From the NCBI GenBank assembly GCA_035483735.1, contig DATHPQ010000095.1:6001-70000 (forward strand): a DNA stretch of 64,000 nucleotides. The letters run 5' to 3'. Under the pieces are notes generated by a model, which was not told where the DNA came from, did not search any database, and was given only the letters and a program-made list of their open reading frames with translations. Shown here piece after piece: positions 8,133 to 20,192 of the stretch. Position 1 is the stretch's first letter. Each line of letters opens with the position of its first letter. A program made the position numbers and the translations under genes. The DNA is from Xanthobacteraceae bacterium (lineage in GTDB: Bacteria; Pseudomonadota; Alphaproteobacteria; Rhizobiales; Xanthobacteraceae).

Positions 8133-9296
8133 ATGGCCCCTACCCGCGTCCGCCAAATCCGGCTCACCAATTTCCGCAATTATCACGCGGCATCGCTCGA
8201 AACCGATGCGACGACCATCGTCCTGATTGGGCCCAATGGCGCCGGCAAGACCAATCTGATCGAGGCGATCTCCTTTCTGGCGCCGGGCCGCGGGCTGCAT
8301 CGCGCCACGCTCGACGAAGTCGCTTTCAGCGAGGGCGACGGCTCATGGGCCGTTGCCGTGGAGATCGAGGGCGCGCTCGGGCTGGCGACACTTGGCACCG
8401 GGATCGACCGGCCGCCGGACGACGCCACTGTTCAACGCAAATATCGGATCGATCGCGAGCCGGTCAGTTCGGCGTCGGCCTTCGCCGATCATCTGCGCCT
8501 GCTTTGGCTGGTACCGGCGATGGATGGGCTGTTTGCCGGCGCGCCATCGGAGCGCCGCCGCTTCCTCGACCGGCTGGTGCTTGCAGTCGATGCCGAACAT
8601 GGCAGCCGCGTCAACTCGCTCGACCGCTCGCTGCGCTCGCGCAACCGGCTCCTGGAAGAGCCGCGGCCCGACCCGCACTGGCTCGACGCCGTCGAGCACG
8701 AGACGGCAGAGCTTGCCGTCGCCGTCGCCAGCCTGCGCGCCGAGACCGTGCATCGTCTCGAAGCCGTGCTGGCAAGCCGCAAAGGCTCCGCTTTTCCTGC
8801 GGCGGAGATCGCGCTCGACGGCTGGATGGAACGGCTTTTTCCGGCGCATCCCGCGCGCGAGATCGAGGAGCGCTATCGGGCAGTGCTGCGCGACAACCGG
8901 GCCCGCGACGCCGCCGCCGGACGCACGCTCGACGGCCCGCATCTGACCGATCTCAAAGTCGTCTATGCCCCCAAAGGGGTCGCTGCGGCGGATGCCTCGA
9001 CCGGCGAACAAAAAGCGCTGCTGATCGGGCTCGTCCTGGCACATGCCAGATTGATCGCGGACATGACCGGACATGCGCCGATTTTGTTGCTCGACGAGGT
9101 GGTGGCGCATCTTGATCCGGGACGGCGCGGCGCGTTGCAAGGGGAACTGCGGCAGCTTGGTACTCAAGTATGGATGACGGGTGCCGATCCGGCGCTCTTT
9201 GCCGAAATCGAGCCGGACGCCACATTTGTCGAAGTCAATTCCGGCCGCATCGAGCTGACGACGGGAACCCGGCCACGGCGAGACCGTCGCAAATGA
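8133..9296 (+). CDS. recF: DNA replication and repair protein RecF
   Basis: IRLTNFRNY..., Walker A GPNGAGKTNLIEAISF, an SMC-like signature and Walker B LLLDEV; dnaA-dnaN-recF-gyrB synteny. Confidence 0.95.
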   Translation: MAPTRVRQIRLTNFRNYHAASLETDATTIVLIGPNGAGKTNLIEAISFLAPGRGLHRATLDEVAFSEGDGSWAVAVEIEGALGLATLGTGIDRPPDDATVQRKYRIDREPVSSASAFADHLRLLWLVPAMDGLFAGAPSERRRFLDRLVLAVDAEHGSRVNSLDRSLRSRNRLLEEPRPDPHWLDAVEHETAELAVAVASLRAETVHRLEAVLASRKGSAFPAAEIALDGWMERLFPAHPAREIEERYRAVLRDNRARDAAAGRTLDGPHLTDLKVVYAPKGVAAADASTGEQKALLIGLVLAHARLIADMTGHAPILLLDEVVAHLDPGRRGALQGELRQLGTQVWMTGADPALFAEIEPDATFVEVNSGRIELTTGTRPRRDRRK

Positions 9297-9419
9297 CTCG
9301 CGTCATTGGCAAATTTGCTCGGTTCGCCCGGCAAGCGGGGAACAAGATCGCGTGAAGCTTCTTAAACGAAGAGGAGGGACGGACGACTAACAAGGGACGG
9401 AGCCGCTGCGGCACGGGCA

Positions 9420-9641
9420 GTGTCGGGCGCGACAGAGGCAATCATGCCGGAACCCGCAGAAGACGTCATCATTCGTAATTTGTTCGAGTCGCTTGAGCGC
9501 CTGCGCGGTGACCTCGATCGCATGGAACTGTGGGCCGCCGCTTTAGGTTGCTTCCAGCAACCGGCCCCCGAATACGAACCGAGTGAGCGGCATCTGTTAA
9601 AAACCGGCGTCGAACGACCGTCGCGCCGCGCCCGTTCTTGA
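9420..9641 (+). CDS. small hypothetical protein (73 aa; alternative start ATG 9444)
   Basis: The only plausible ORF in the 573-bp recF-gyrB spacer. It has a helical-looking sequence (DVIIRNLFESLERLRGDLDRMELWAAALGCF). No family recognised, and third-position GC is lower than in neighbours. Confidence 0.35.
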   Translation: MSGATEAIMPEPAEDVIIRNLFESLERLRGDLDRMELWAAALGCFQQPAPEYEPSERHLLKTGVERPSRRARS

Positions 9642-9764
9642 CCGCGCGTAACGCTCGGCGCGCGACTATCTTGTGCTTTCCAATTGTTATCAGATAGGGC
9701 GCTTTCCAGGCCGAATCGGGGCTTGATTCCGCGGCCGGCAAAACCTTGAAAAACCGCTATTTGA

Positions 9765-12311
<2,547 letters not shown>

Positions 12312-12334
12312 CTGCGCAGCCTGTTTTGATGGAA

Positions 12335-12379
12335 GCATGATCGTTTCGGAAAACCCGCTTCCGCTTTTCCGGAGCATGC
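12335..12379. repeat. palindromic intergenic repeat, copy B
   Basis: GCATGATCGTTTCGGAAAACCCGCTTCCGCTTTTCCGGAGCATGC lies between convergent gyrB and the MBL-fold gene and has the same architecture as copy A. Confidence 0.7.
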
Positions 12380-12380
12380 T

Positions 12381-13265
12381 TTAGTGCCCCGGCAGTACCA
12401 GAACTTCAGGGCTCTTCGGCAGCGTCGTCTTTGAGATGACAGTCGAGGGTACTTCCGCCGTCTGCACGTCCCATAATTTGCGCGCGCGGTCGAGAAAGCG
12501 CTCGAGAACGGACGGCCCGAAATAATGCATCGGGATGATGATCTGCGGCTTCATCGCGGTCAGCACGTCCATGATGCCGTCGAGATCGAGCGTATAGAAG
12601 CCGTCGACTGGCGCCATGACCACGTCGGCGTGGCCGATCTCGTTGAGCTGCTGTTGTGTCAGCGTGTGGTGCAGGTGGCTCAGATGAACGATGCACAGAT
12701 TGGCGATTTCGAAAATAAAGATTGAATTGCCGTAGCGCTCGGTGCCGCCTTCAAAGTCGCGGATATTGGTCGGCACATTGCGCACCCGCACATCGCGATA
12801 GGTGAGATCCCATTGCGCCGGCTGGTTTGGCGTGTCGCTCCAGCCGCGCAGCACGTATTTGATCGCCGGATCGGGATGATCCGTGTAGTGCGTGTCATGG
12901 GCGTGATTCATGGTGATGATGTCGGGCAGGATCGGCGGCCGCACATAATCGTTGTAATCGGTCGCAATGCGCACAAGTTGCGGGCTTTCGATCAGAAACG
13001 TGGCGTGGCCAACGAAGGTGATCCGCACTTGGTCAGCGTTGAGTGCGGCAACATCGAAAGCTGCAGGAATGACGCGCCGCCGGTCGCGCGCGACCAGTCC
13101 GGGACAATTCTCCGGTGTCTGCAGCGGTGACGGCGTCTCGGCTGGAGACTCTTGCTTTGGCGCGGGCACCTCGGCCGTTTGCGCGTGCAACAGTTTGGCC
13201 GATGCTAAAACCGCAATGGCGGCCGCGAAGGCAACGATGCGTAGATGCCGCGAGACGCCGCTCAT
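12381..13265 (-). CDS. secreted MBL-fold metallo-hydrolase (294 aa from ATG 13265; ORF-track start 13298 possible)
   Basis: Signal peptide MSGVSRHLRIVAFAAAIAVLASAKLLHAQ, and a metallo-beta-lactamase-like His/Asp cluster (TMNHAHDTHYTDH). Confidence 0.7.
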   Translation of the reverse strand: MSGVSRHLRIVAFAAAIAVLASAKLLHAQTAEVPAPKQESPAETPSPLQTPENCPGLVARDRRRVIPAAFDVAALNADQVRITFVGHATFLIESPQLVRIATDYNDYVRPPILPDIITMNHAHDTHYTDHPDPAIKYVLRGWSDTPNQPAQWDLTYRDVRVRNVPTNIRDFEGGTERYGNSIFIFEIANLCIVHLSHLHHTLTQQQLNEIGHADVVMAPVDGFYTLDLDGIMDVLTAMKPQIIIPMHYFGPSVLERFLDRARKLWDVQTAEVPSTVISKTTLPKSPEVLVLPGH

Positions 13266-13407
13266 AGTGAAGCCTTGCACCCGAAGACTTGCGTCCAAAG
13301 ACCTGCACGCCCGGCGCAGTCATAGAAAAGCGAAGTTTGGCCTGGAATGTGACGGCAACGCTACCGCCATCGCGTGGCTGTCATGTGAAGCGACCGGGAA
13401 TGGGATC

Positions 13408-13980
13408 ATGCGTCCAAGCATTGTTTTCGGCATCGTATGGATTGGCTGGATTATCAGCTGGATCGTGGCCTCGTTCTGGTCCGCCCGCACCGAGAAGCGC
13501 GTAACGACCTGGGAGACCTGGCTGTCCCGCGCCGCCCTCGTTCTCGGCGCGATCCTGCTGTTTCATTCCACGCGGCGGCTCTTGGGCGAAACCCGCCTCT
13601 GGCATGTCGGCTTCGACGGCGCTTATGCGCTCGCCGGCATCACCTTGCTCGGCATTCTCTTTGCGTGGTGGGCGCGCCTGCATCTCGGCCGGCTGTGGTC
13701 GAGCGCGATCACCCGGAAAGAAGATCATCGCGTCATCGAAACCGGACCGTATGCCCTGGTCCGTCATCCGATTTACACCGGACTGATACTCGCCATTTTC
13801 GCCACCGCGGCAGCGCAAGCGACGGTCACCGGCTGCCTTGGCGCGGCGCTCGTCGCTTTTGGCCTGTGGATCAAGGCGCGGGTCGAGGAACGCTTTCTGA
13901 CAGCCGAACTCGGCGTCGAGGTCTATGACACTTACCGCCGCCGCGTCCCGATGCTGGTGCCGTTCATGCCGGCGGGCTGA
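13408..13980 (+). CDS. isoprenylcysteine carboxyl methyltransferase (ICMT/PEMT) family membrane protein (190 aa)
   Basis: Multi-TM protein with the family motif ETGPYALVRHPIYTGLILAIF...EERFL. Start moved to ATG 13408 (MRPSIVFGIVW...); the ORF-track start 12967 overlaps the MBL gene on the opposite strand. Confidence 0.75.
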   Translation: MRPSIVFGIVWIGWIISWIVASFWSARTEKRVTTWETWLSRAALVLGAILLFHSTRRLLGETRLWHVGFDGAYALAGITLLGILFAWWARLHLGRLWSSAITRKEDHRVIETGPYALVRHPIYTGLILAIFATAAAQATVTGCLGAALVAFGLWIKARVEERFLTAELGVEVYDTYRRRVPMLVPFMPAG

Positions 13981-13996
13981 ACCGCAATGATGCGGC

Positions 13997-14791
13997 TCAG
14001 TGGCCCGACGTGATCGTGCCGCGCGCGGTCAGGACAAGCCATTGGCCATCCTGACGCTTGATCGAGTCGACACGCCCGACACCCGGAAGAACGCTGCCGG
14101 CGCCGACGTCGAAGATGCCGCCGAAACGGCTCTCGACCAAGGCGCGGCCGTTTTGCACGTCGCGCACGGCCCAGTCCTGCAAAATCCGGTCGTTGATTTT
14201 CGGCTGCGCCGATTCAGCCGCTGTGCTCGAGGCGATGGAGCCCGTCGTGTCGGTGGCCGAGGCGAAATGCTGATCAAGGCGATCGAGACGATCCGCGATC
14301 TTGCTGTATTGGCCGTTGGTGCCGCGCATCGTCGAATCGACTTCGGCCTTGAGCGCGGCGAGCTCGCCCTTCAGCTGCTGCAGCGTCGTGTCGGCGGAAA
14401 CCTGGACGTTCTCAGCGGCCGGCGCCGTCGGATAATAGAAATGCGCGAAGCCGGCGCCCGACACCGAGCCGACGAACGAGCTGAACGCGGCGATGAAAGC
14501 GACCGTCGCCGCAAGCTGCAAAAAGCGCGACGAGTGTGTCGGTGACGCGAACGCGGCCGGCGATTCTTCCTCGGGCTTCGCGGCCGTCTCTTCAACAGTC
14601 TCGTCTTCGCCCGCGCCGAGCTTGGGCGACAGAACCATCGGCAAGTTCCGGTGCGAGTCTCCCGCGCGCAGGTCGTCGCCGGAAGCGGCACCGGCGTCCC
14701 CTGCCGTCTCCGGGGTGGCAGACGAGTCGTTCGTATTGTTATTGATAGGTTCGACCTTTTCGCCGTCGGCGTGGTCCGGGCTCTCAGCCAT
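13997..14791 (-). CDS. hypothetical membrane-anchored protein (264 aa)
   Basis: Acidic, low-complexity N-terminus, one TM (FLQLAATVAFIAAFSSFVGSV), a coiled-coil-like segment (QQLKGELAALKAEVDS) and a compact C-terminal domain (...GSVLPGVGRVDSIKRQDGQWLVLTARGTI). No family recognised. Confidence 0.6.
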   Translation of the reverse strand: MAESPDHADGEKVEPINNNTNDSSATPETAGDAGAASGDDLRAGDSHRNLPMVLSPKLGAGEDETVEETAAKPEEESPAAFASPTHSSRFLQLAATVAFIAAFSSFVGSVSGAGFAHFYYPTAPAAENVQVSADTTLQQLKGELAALKAEVDSTMRGTNGQYSKIADRLDRLDQHFASATDTTGSIASSTAAESAQPKINDRILQDWAVRDVQNGRALVESRFGGIFDVGAGSVLPGVGRVDSIKRQDGQWLVLTARGTITSGH

Positions 14792-14914
14792 GGCGGATCT
14801 CCGGGATTACTGGACAACCAGTCGTTAACCACGTTCGGTTAGCAATTAGTTACCGAGCGCATCCCGAAGCTCCCTTTGCCGCGGCAGCAGGAAGCGGCGG
14901 CGGCAGCTAAGCCC

Positions 14915-15916
14915 CTAATCCAAAAGACCATTTTCTCGCGCCAAATCCTTCAGGGAAGCTTCCGGGCGGGCGCCGAGATGCCCGATCACCTCGCCGGCCG
15001 CGAGCGCGCCGAGCCGGCCGCAGGTGCGATCATCGGCGCCGCGGGCGAGACCGGACAAGAAGCCGGCCGCGAACAAATCGCCGGCGCCGGTCGTATCGAT
15101 CACACGCTCAACGGGAAACGCCGGCACTGCCTCTTCACCGTCGGGACTGATGACGAGACAGCCCTTTTCGCTGCGCGTAATGACCGCGATCTCGATATCC
15201 TTGCGCAGTGCCGATACCGCGGCACCGAAATCCGCTGTCTGATAAAGGCTGCGAAGCTCGGCCTCGTTGGCGAAGATCAGATCGACCGTATTCGAGCGCA
15301 TCAGCTGCAAGAACTCATCGCGCCAGCGGTCGACACAGAATGCGTCCGATAGCGACAGCGCGACTTTGCGCTCGGCATCATGCGCGATCTTCGCGGCCTT
15401 GAGAAACGCGTCCTTGGCGTTCTTCGGATCCCATAAATAGCCTTCGAGATACGTCACGGCGCTCGCCGCGACCATGTCGGCATCGATATCGGCGGGATGC
15501 AGATCCTGCGCGGCGCCGAGGAACGTGTTCATGGTGCGCTCGCCGTCCGGCGTCACGAGCACATAGCAGCGTCCGGTCGAAGGCCCGCCGGACCCCGGCG
15601 CGGTATTAAACGCCACGCCGGCGGCGCGGATATCGTGGGTGAAAGCGCGGCCGAGCTGATCGTCCCTGACCTTGCCGACAAACGCCGCGCGCGCGCCGAG
15701 CGAAGCGAGCCCGACAATGGTATTGGCCGCGGAGCCGCCGGAGGTCTCAACCGCAGGCCCCATGGCGTCATAGATCGCTTCGGCACGCGCCTCATCGATC
15801 AATGCCATCGCGCCTTTTGTCATGCCCTGCTTGAGCAGAAAATCTTCTTCGGCGCGCGCGATCACGTCGACAATCGCGTTGCCAATACCGAGGACGTCGT
15901 AACGGGCTGATTTCAT
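14915..15916 (-). CDS. adenosine kinase / PfkB-family carbohydrate kinase (333 aa)
   Basis: N-terminal YDVLGIGNAIVDV and C-terminal VIDTTGAGDLFAAGFL PfkB signatures. Start moved to ATG 15916 (MKSARYD...). Confidence 0.85.
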   Translation of the reverse strand: MKSARYDVLGIGNAIVDVIARAEEDFLLKQGMTKGAMALIDEARAEAIYDAMGPAVETSGGSAANTIVGLASLGARAAFVGKVRDDQLGRAFTHDIRAAGVAFNTAPGSGGPSTGRCYVLVTPDGERTMNTFLGAAQDLHPADIDADMVAASAVTYLEGYLWDPKNAKDAFLKAAKIAHDAERKVALSLSDAFCVDRWRDEFLQLMRSNTVDLIFANEAELRSLYQTADFGAAVSALRKDIEIAVITRSEKGCLVISPDGEEAVPAFPVERVIDTTGAGDLFAAGFLSGLARGADDRTCGRLGALAAGEVIGHLGARPEASLKDLARENGLLD

Positions 15917-16041
15917 GGTGTGTTTTCGCGGAGAAATAGGGGTCGGACCGGCGCGCACTATAACGGCGGGGACTTGCAGGGCAAGGCGCCGCCATGGCAT
16001 TTCACGCCCACGGCGCGAAGGCCGGCAGGGCATTTAAAGAC

Positions 16042-17076
16042 ATGGCATTCAAAGAACTGGTCTTTTCAGGTGTGCAGCCGACCGGCAATCTGCACCTCGG
16101 CAATTATCTCGGCGCCATCAAGCGCTTTGTCGAGCTGCAGGATCGCTATGACTGCATCTATTGCGTGGTCGATTTGCACGCCATCACGGTGTGGCAGGAT
16201 CCCACCGAACTGCCCAAGGCGATCCGCGAAGTCACTGCGGCCTTCATCGCCTGCGGCATCGACCCGAAGAAACACATCGTGTTCAACCAGAGCCAGGTGG
16301 CCGAGCATGCCGAACTCGCCTGGGTATTCAACTGCGTCGCCCGGCTCGGCTGGCTCAATCGCATGACGCAGTTTAAGGAGAAAGCCGGCAAGGACCGCGA
16401 GAATGCCTCGGTCGGTCTCTACGCCTATCCGGCGCTGATGGCTGCCGACATTCTGGTCTATCGCGCCACCCATGTGCCAGTGGGCGAAGACCAGAAGCAG
16501 CACCTCGAACTGTCACGCGACATTGCGCAGAAATTCAACAATGATTTCGGCGAGTCGATTCGCAGCCACGGCTTCGGCGACGTTTTCTTTCCGCTGCCCG
16601 AGCCGCTGATCACCGGCGAGGCGACGCGGGTTATGTCGCTGCGCGACGGTTCGAAGAAAATGTCGAAGTCCGATCCCTCGGATTATTCGCGTATCAATCT
16701 CACCGACGATGCCGATGCCATCGCGCAAAAGATCCGCAAGGCCAAGACCGATCCCGAGCCGTTGCCAAGCGAAGAGACAGGCCTCGAGACCCGCCCCGAA
16801 GCCGACAATCTGGTCGGCATCTATGCGGCGCTCGCCGGCACCACCCGCTCAGGCGTGCTCCAGGAATTCGGCAATGCGCAATTCTCGACCTTTAAATCGG
16901 CTTTGGTTGACCTCTCGGTCGCCAAGCTCGGGCCGATCGGGGTAGAGATGAAACGGTTGATGCAGGATCCGGCGGCGATCGATGCCATCCTCGCCAACGG
17001 CTCGGCGCGGGCCCGAAAGCTCGCCGGGCCAACTATGAATGCGGTGAAGGATATTGTCGGTTTTGTGCGGACTTAA
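16042..17076 (+). CDS. trpS: tryptophan--tRNA ligase (344 aa)
   Basis: Class I motifs [16 protein letters not shown] (HIGH) and KMSKS. Start moved to ATG 16042 ([10 protein letters not shown]...). Confidence 0.95.
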   Translation: MAFKELVFSGVQPTGNLHLGNYLGAIKRFVELQDRYDCIYCVVDLHAITVWQDPTELPKAIREVTAAFIACGIDPKKHIVFNQSQVAEHAELAWVFNCVARLGWLNRMTQFKEKAGKDRENASVGLYAYPALMAADILVYRATHVPVGEDQKQHLELSRDIAQKFNNDFGESIRSHGFGDVFFPLPEPLITGEATRVMSLRDGSKKMSKSDPSDYSRINLTDDADAIAQKIRKAKTDPEPLPSEETGLETRPEADNLVGIYAALAGTTRSGVLQEFGNAQFSTFKSALVDLSVAKLGPIGVEMKRLMQDPAAIDAILANGSARARKLAGPTMNAVKDIVGFVRT

Positions 17077-17179
17077 CCGTGATCTGGCCCTTGAACTTCC
17101 ACTGCAATTCGCCACGTATTAGACTGGCTTTGCGCTGCCCAAGCGCAGGACTAACGCGCTGAGCGCCGGAGGCTCCGTC

Positions 17180-17737
17180 ATGTTCATCCAGACCGAAGCG
17201 ACGCCGAATCCGGCGACCCTGAAATTCCTGCCCGGGCGCCCGGTTCTCGACAACGGAACGCTTGAAATCCGCGATGCCGACCAGGCGGCCCAATCGCCGC
17301 TGGCGGAACGGCTGTTCGGCATTCTCGGTGTCAGCGGGGTGTTCTTCGGCTCCGATTTCATCACCGTGACCAAGAGTGCCGGCGAATGGCAGCAGCTCAA
17401 GCCGATGATCCTCGGCGCCATCATGGAACATTTCATGTCGGGCGCACCGCTTGTCGCCACAACCGCGCCGGAAGCCACTGACGGCGAAGAGTTCTTCGAC
17501 GAGGGCGACGCCGAGACCGTGGCCACGATCAAAGAGCTGATCGAAACGCGGGTGCGCCCGGCTGTGGCCAATGACGGCGGCGACATCACCTTCCGCGGTT
17601 TCAAGGACGGCGTCGTCTATCTGAATATGAAAGGCTCGTGCGCAGGCTGCCCGTCATCGACAGCGACGCTGCAGCATGGCATCCAGAATTTGCTGCGTCA
17701 TTTCATTCCCGACGTCACTGAAGTTCGGCCCGTCTAG
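17180..17737 (+). CDS. NifU/Nfu-family Fe-S cluster scaffold protein
   Basis: Nfu_N start MFIQTEATPNPATLKFLPG and a C-terminal NifU domain with CAGCPSS. Confidence 0.9.
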   Translation: MFIQTEATPNPATLKFLPGRPVLDNGTLEIRDADQAAQSPLAERLFGILGVSGVFFGSDFITVTKSAGEWQQLKPMILGAIMEHFMSGAPLVATTAPEATDGEEFFDEGDAETVATIKELIETRVRPAVANDGGDITFRGFKDGVVYLNMKGSCAGCPSSTATLQHGIQNLLRHFIPDVTEVRPV

Positions 17738-17805
17738 CCGTCAATGTAATACGGCGGCGGTTAATGGGGCGGGGCTGTGCCGATATCTTCTAGGTCCTGA
17801 TCTTC

Positions 17806-18489
17806 ATGCGCGTGCTCGCCATTGATACGGCGCTGGCGGCCTGCTCCGCCGCCGTGCTCGACACCGGCAATGTCGGCATTGTCGCAAGCGAAAGCCTCTT
17901 AATGGCCCGCGGCCACGCCGAAGCGCTGATGCCGCTCGTTGAGCGGGTGGTGAAGAAATCCGGCGTGGCCTTTGCCGAGTTTGAACGCGTCGTGGTGACG
18001 ACGGGGCCCGGCAGCTTCACCGGTTTGCGCGTCGGCATTTCGGCGGCGCGCGGCCTCGGCGTCGCCACCGATATTCCGGTGGTCGGCGTGACGACCTTGT
18101 CGGCCTACGCTGCGCCTTACCTCGCCGCCGACGATCAAATCCCTGTCGTCGTCGCCATCGATGCACGGCACGACCATGTCTATTTGCAGGTGTTTGGCGC
18201 GGGCGGCCGGACCCTGGTCGCGCCGCGGCTCGCCCCACTCGCCGACGCAATCCGCGCGGCCTCGGAAGCTCCGACACGCATTGTCGGTACGGCAGCCAAA
18301 GCCGTCGCCGCGGGCCTCGCCGGAACCGCTCCGGCACCCATTATCGTCGATGCCCGCGAAGCGCCCGATATCGGCTGGGTCGCGCGGATCGGCGCTGCGG
18401 TCGCTGAAGCACAGGCGCCGCCAAAGCCGCAATATCTGCGCGCGCCGGATGCGCAGCCGCAATATGCCGCTTCCCTGCCGCGGCGATGA
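17806..18489 (+). CDS. tsaB: tRNA t6A37 biosynthesis protein TsaB
   Basis: MRVLAIDTALAACSAAVLD...TGPGSFTGLRVGISAARGL; followed by rimI as usual. Confidence 0.9.
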   Translation: MRVLAIDTALAACSAAVLDTGNVGIVASESLLMARGHAEALMPLVERVVKKSGVAFAEFERVVVTTGPGSFTGLRVGISAARGLGVATDIPVVGVTTLSAYAAPYLAADDQIPVVVAIDARHDHVYLQVFGAGGRTLVAPRLAPLADAIRAASEAPTRIVGTAAKAVAAGLAGTAPAPIIVDAREAPDIGWVARIGAAVAEAQAPPKPQYLRAPDAQPQYAASLPRR

Positions 18490-18959
18490 TCGGCTTTCTG
18501 TCACGCCTGTTCAAACGCGGCGAACCCGTCTTCACCGACGCGCGGCCGCGCGACGCCGCAGGCATTGCGGCGATCCACGCCGCCTCGTTCCAGCGCGGCT
18601 GGGGCGAGGAAGAAATCTACGGCTTATTGATTGAAAAGAGTGTCGTCGCGCATCGCGCCACAAGCGGCGGCAAATTGATCGGCTTTATCCTGTCGCGCCG
18701 CGCCGCCGGCGAAGCCGAAATCCTGTCGGTTGCGATCGCGCCGTCCTGGCGCGGCCGAAAAATGGCGCGGCCGTTGCTCGATCTGCATCTACGCCACCTG
18801 GCCGGGCTTGGTACCCGCGCGGTGTTTCTCGAAGTCGGCGCGCATAATGCGCCGGCGACGCGGCTCTATCGCCGCGCCGGCTTCCGCGAAATCGGTAAGC
18901 GCCAAGGCTATTATGAAGGCGGCGCGACGGCCCTGGTCATGCGACGCGATCTCAGCTGA
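18486..18959 (+). CDS. rimI: ribosomal-protein-alanine N-acetyltransferase (GNAT)
   Basis: GNAT core (VAIAPSWRGRKMARPLL...LEVGAHNAPATRLYRRAGF). 4-nt overlap with tsaB. Confidence 0.85.
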   Translation: MIGFLSRLFKRGEPVFTDARPRDAAGIAAIHAASFQRGWGEEEIYGLLIEKSVVAHRATSGGKLIGFILSRRAAGEAEILSVAIAPSWRGRKMARPLLDLHLRHLAGLGTRAVFLEVGAHNAPATRLYRRAGFREIGKRQGYYEGGATALVMRRDLS

Positions 18960-19028
18960 CGCGGCCTCGCAAAAATATCTAGAATAGCCACGGACCCGAA
19001 AAATCGGGCCATACGGGAGGAGACTGTC

Positions 19029-20036
19029 ATGGCGCCAATAGTGGCCATGGCGCCAACAGTGGCGGCACGCTGGCGCATTGCGCTCGCACTCGCGCTCATC
19101 GCTTGCGGCGGCAGCGTTCGCGCACAGAGTAGCGACTACCCCAATCGTCCCATCAAGATGTTGGTCGGTTTTGCCGCCGGCGGTGGTACCGATGTCGCCG
19201 CTCGCGTTATCGCGCAGAAAATGTCGGAGATTCTCGGCCAGGGCGTTGTCGTCGAAAACCGCACCGGCGCCTCCGGCCTGATTGCGGCACAAGACCTGAT
19301 GAAATCGGATCCCGACGGCTACACCCTGATGATGGGCAGCCAAACAACATGCGCGGTCGCGCCGGCGCTTTATCACAAGATCACCGTCGATCCGGTCAAG
19401 GATTTCTCGGGCGTCGCGCTCACCGGCGCCTCGCCGCTGGTGCTCGTGGTCAATCCAAATTTCGCGGCGCATTCAGTCGCGGACGTCATCGCCTTGGCCA
19501 AGGCCTCGCCCGGCAAAATCAATTTCGGCACCGGCGGCGTTGGTACGACACCGCATATGACCGCCGAACTGTTTCAGTACATTGCCGGCATCAGGATGGT
19601 GCATGTCGCCTATCGCGGCGAAGCGCCGGCGATCAACGATCTCCTCGCCGGACAGATTCCGCTGATGTTCGCCAACCTGTCCGCGGTGATGGGCAATGTC
19701 AAAGCCGGCACGCTGCGGGCGCTCGCGGTGACCAGCGCCCAACGTTCGCCCTCAGCGCCGGAAATTCCGACCGTCGCGGAGACGGCGCTGCCAGGTTTCG
19801 ATTCCGAAACCTGGTTCGGCATTGTCGCGCCGGCCGGCACGCCGCATGACATCCGCGCCAAGCTTAACGCCGCAGCGCTGAAAGCGCTGGCAAGCGACGA
19901 CACCAAGAAGCGCTACCTCGACCTCGGCATGGTCACGCGCAGCAGTGGCCCGGAGGAATTCGATGCCTATATCAAGGCCGAAGTCGGCAAATGGTCGGGT
20001 GTGATCAAGGAAGCCAATGTGCAGGCATTGGACTGA
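19029..20036 (+). CDS. Bug/TctC-family tripartite tricarboxylate transporter substrate-binding protein (orphan)
   Basis: Signal peptide, then YPNRPIKMLVGFAAGGGTDVAARVIAQKM and other Bug-family blocks. No tctA/tctB nearby. The first 36 nt are an 18-bp tandem duplication. Confidence 0.85.
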   Translation: MAPIVAMAPTVAARWRIALALALIACGGSVRAQSSDYPNRPIKMLVGFAAGGGTDVAARVIAQKMSEILGQGVVVENRTGASGLIAAQDLMKSDPDGYTLMMGSQTTCAVAPALYHKITVDPVKDFSGVALTGASPLVLVVNPNFAAHSVADVIALAKASPGKINFGTGGVGTTPHMTAELFQYIAGIRMVHVAYRGEAPAINDLLAGQIPLMFANLSAVMGNVKAGTLRALAVTSAQRSPSAPEIPTVAETALPGFDSETWFGIVAPAGTPHDIRAKLNAAALKALASDDTKKRYLDLGMVTRSSGPEEFDAYIKAEVGKWSGVIKEANVQALD

Positions 20037-20192
20037 GGGTAAGCGGCGACGCGGCGGCCGGCATTTCTTTTTGGCCGGAATCCCGGTAAGACAATAACGC
20101 GGCACGCCCCGCCTGCCTCCGCCAGCAGCGGAGCCTGTACGCTGGAGCGGAATTTACGAGCTGAAGCAAAGACTTAGGCTCGAACCACCGGC

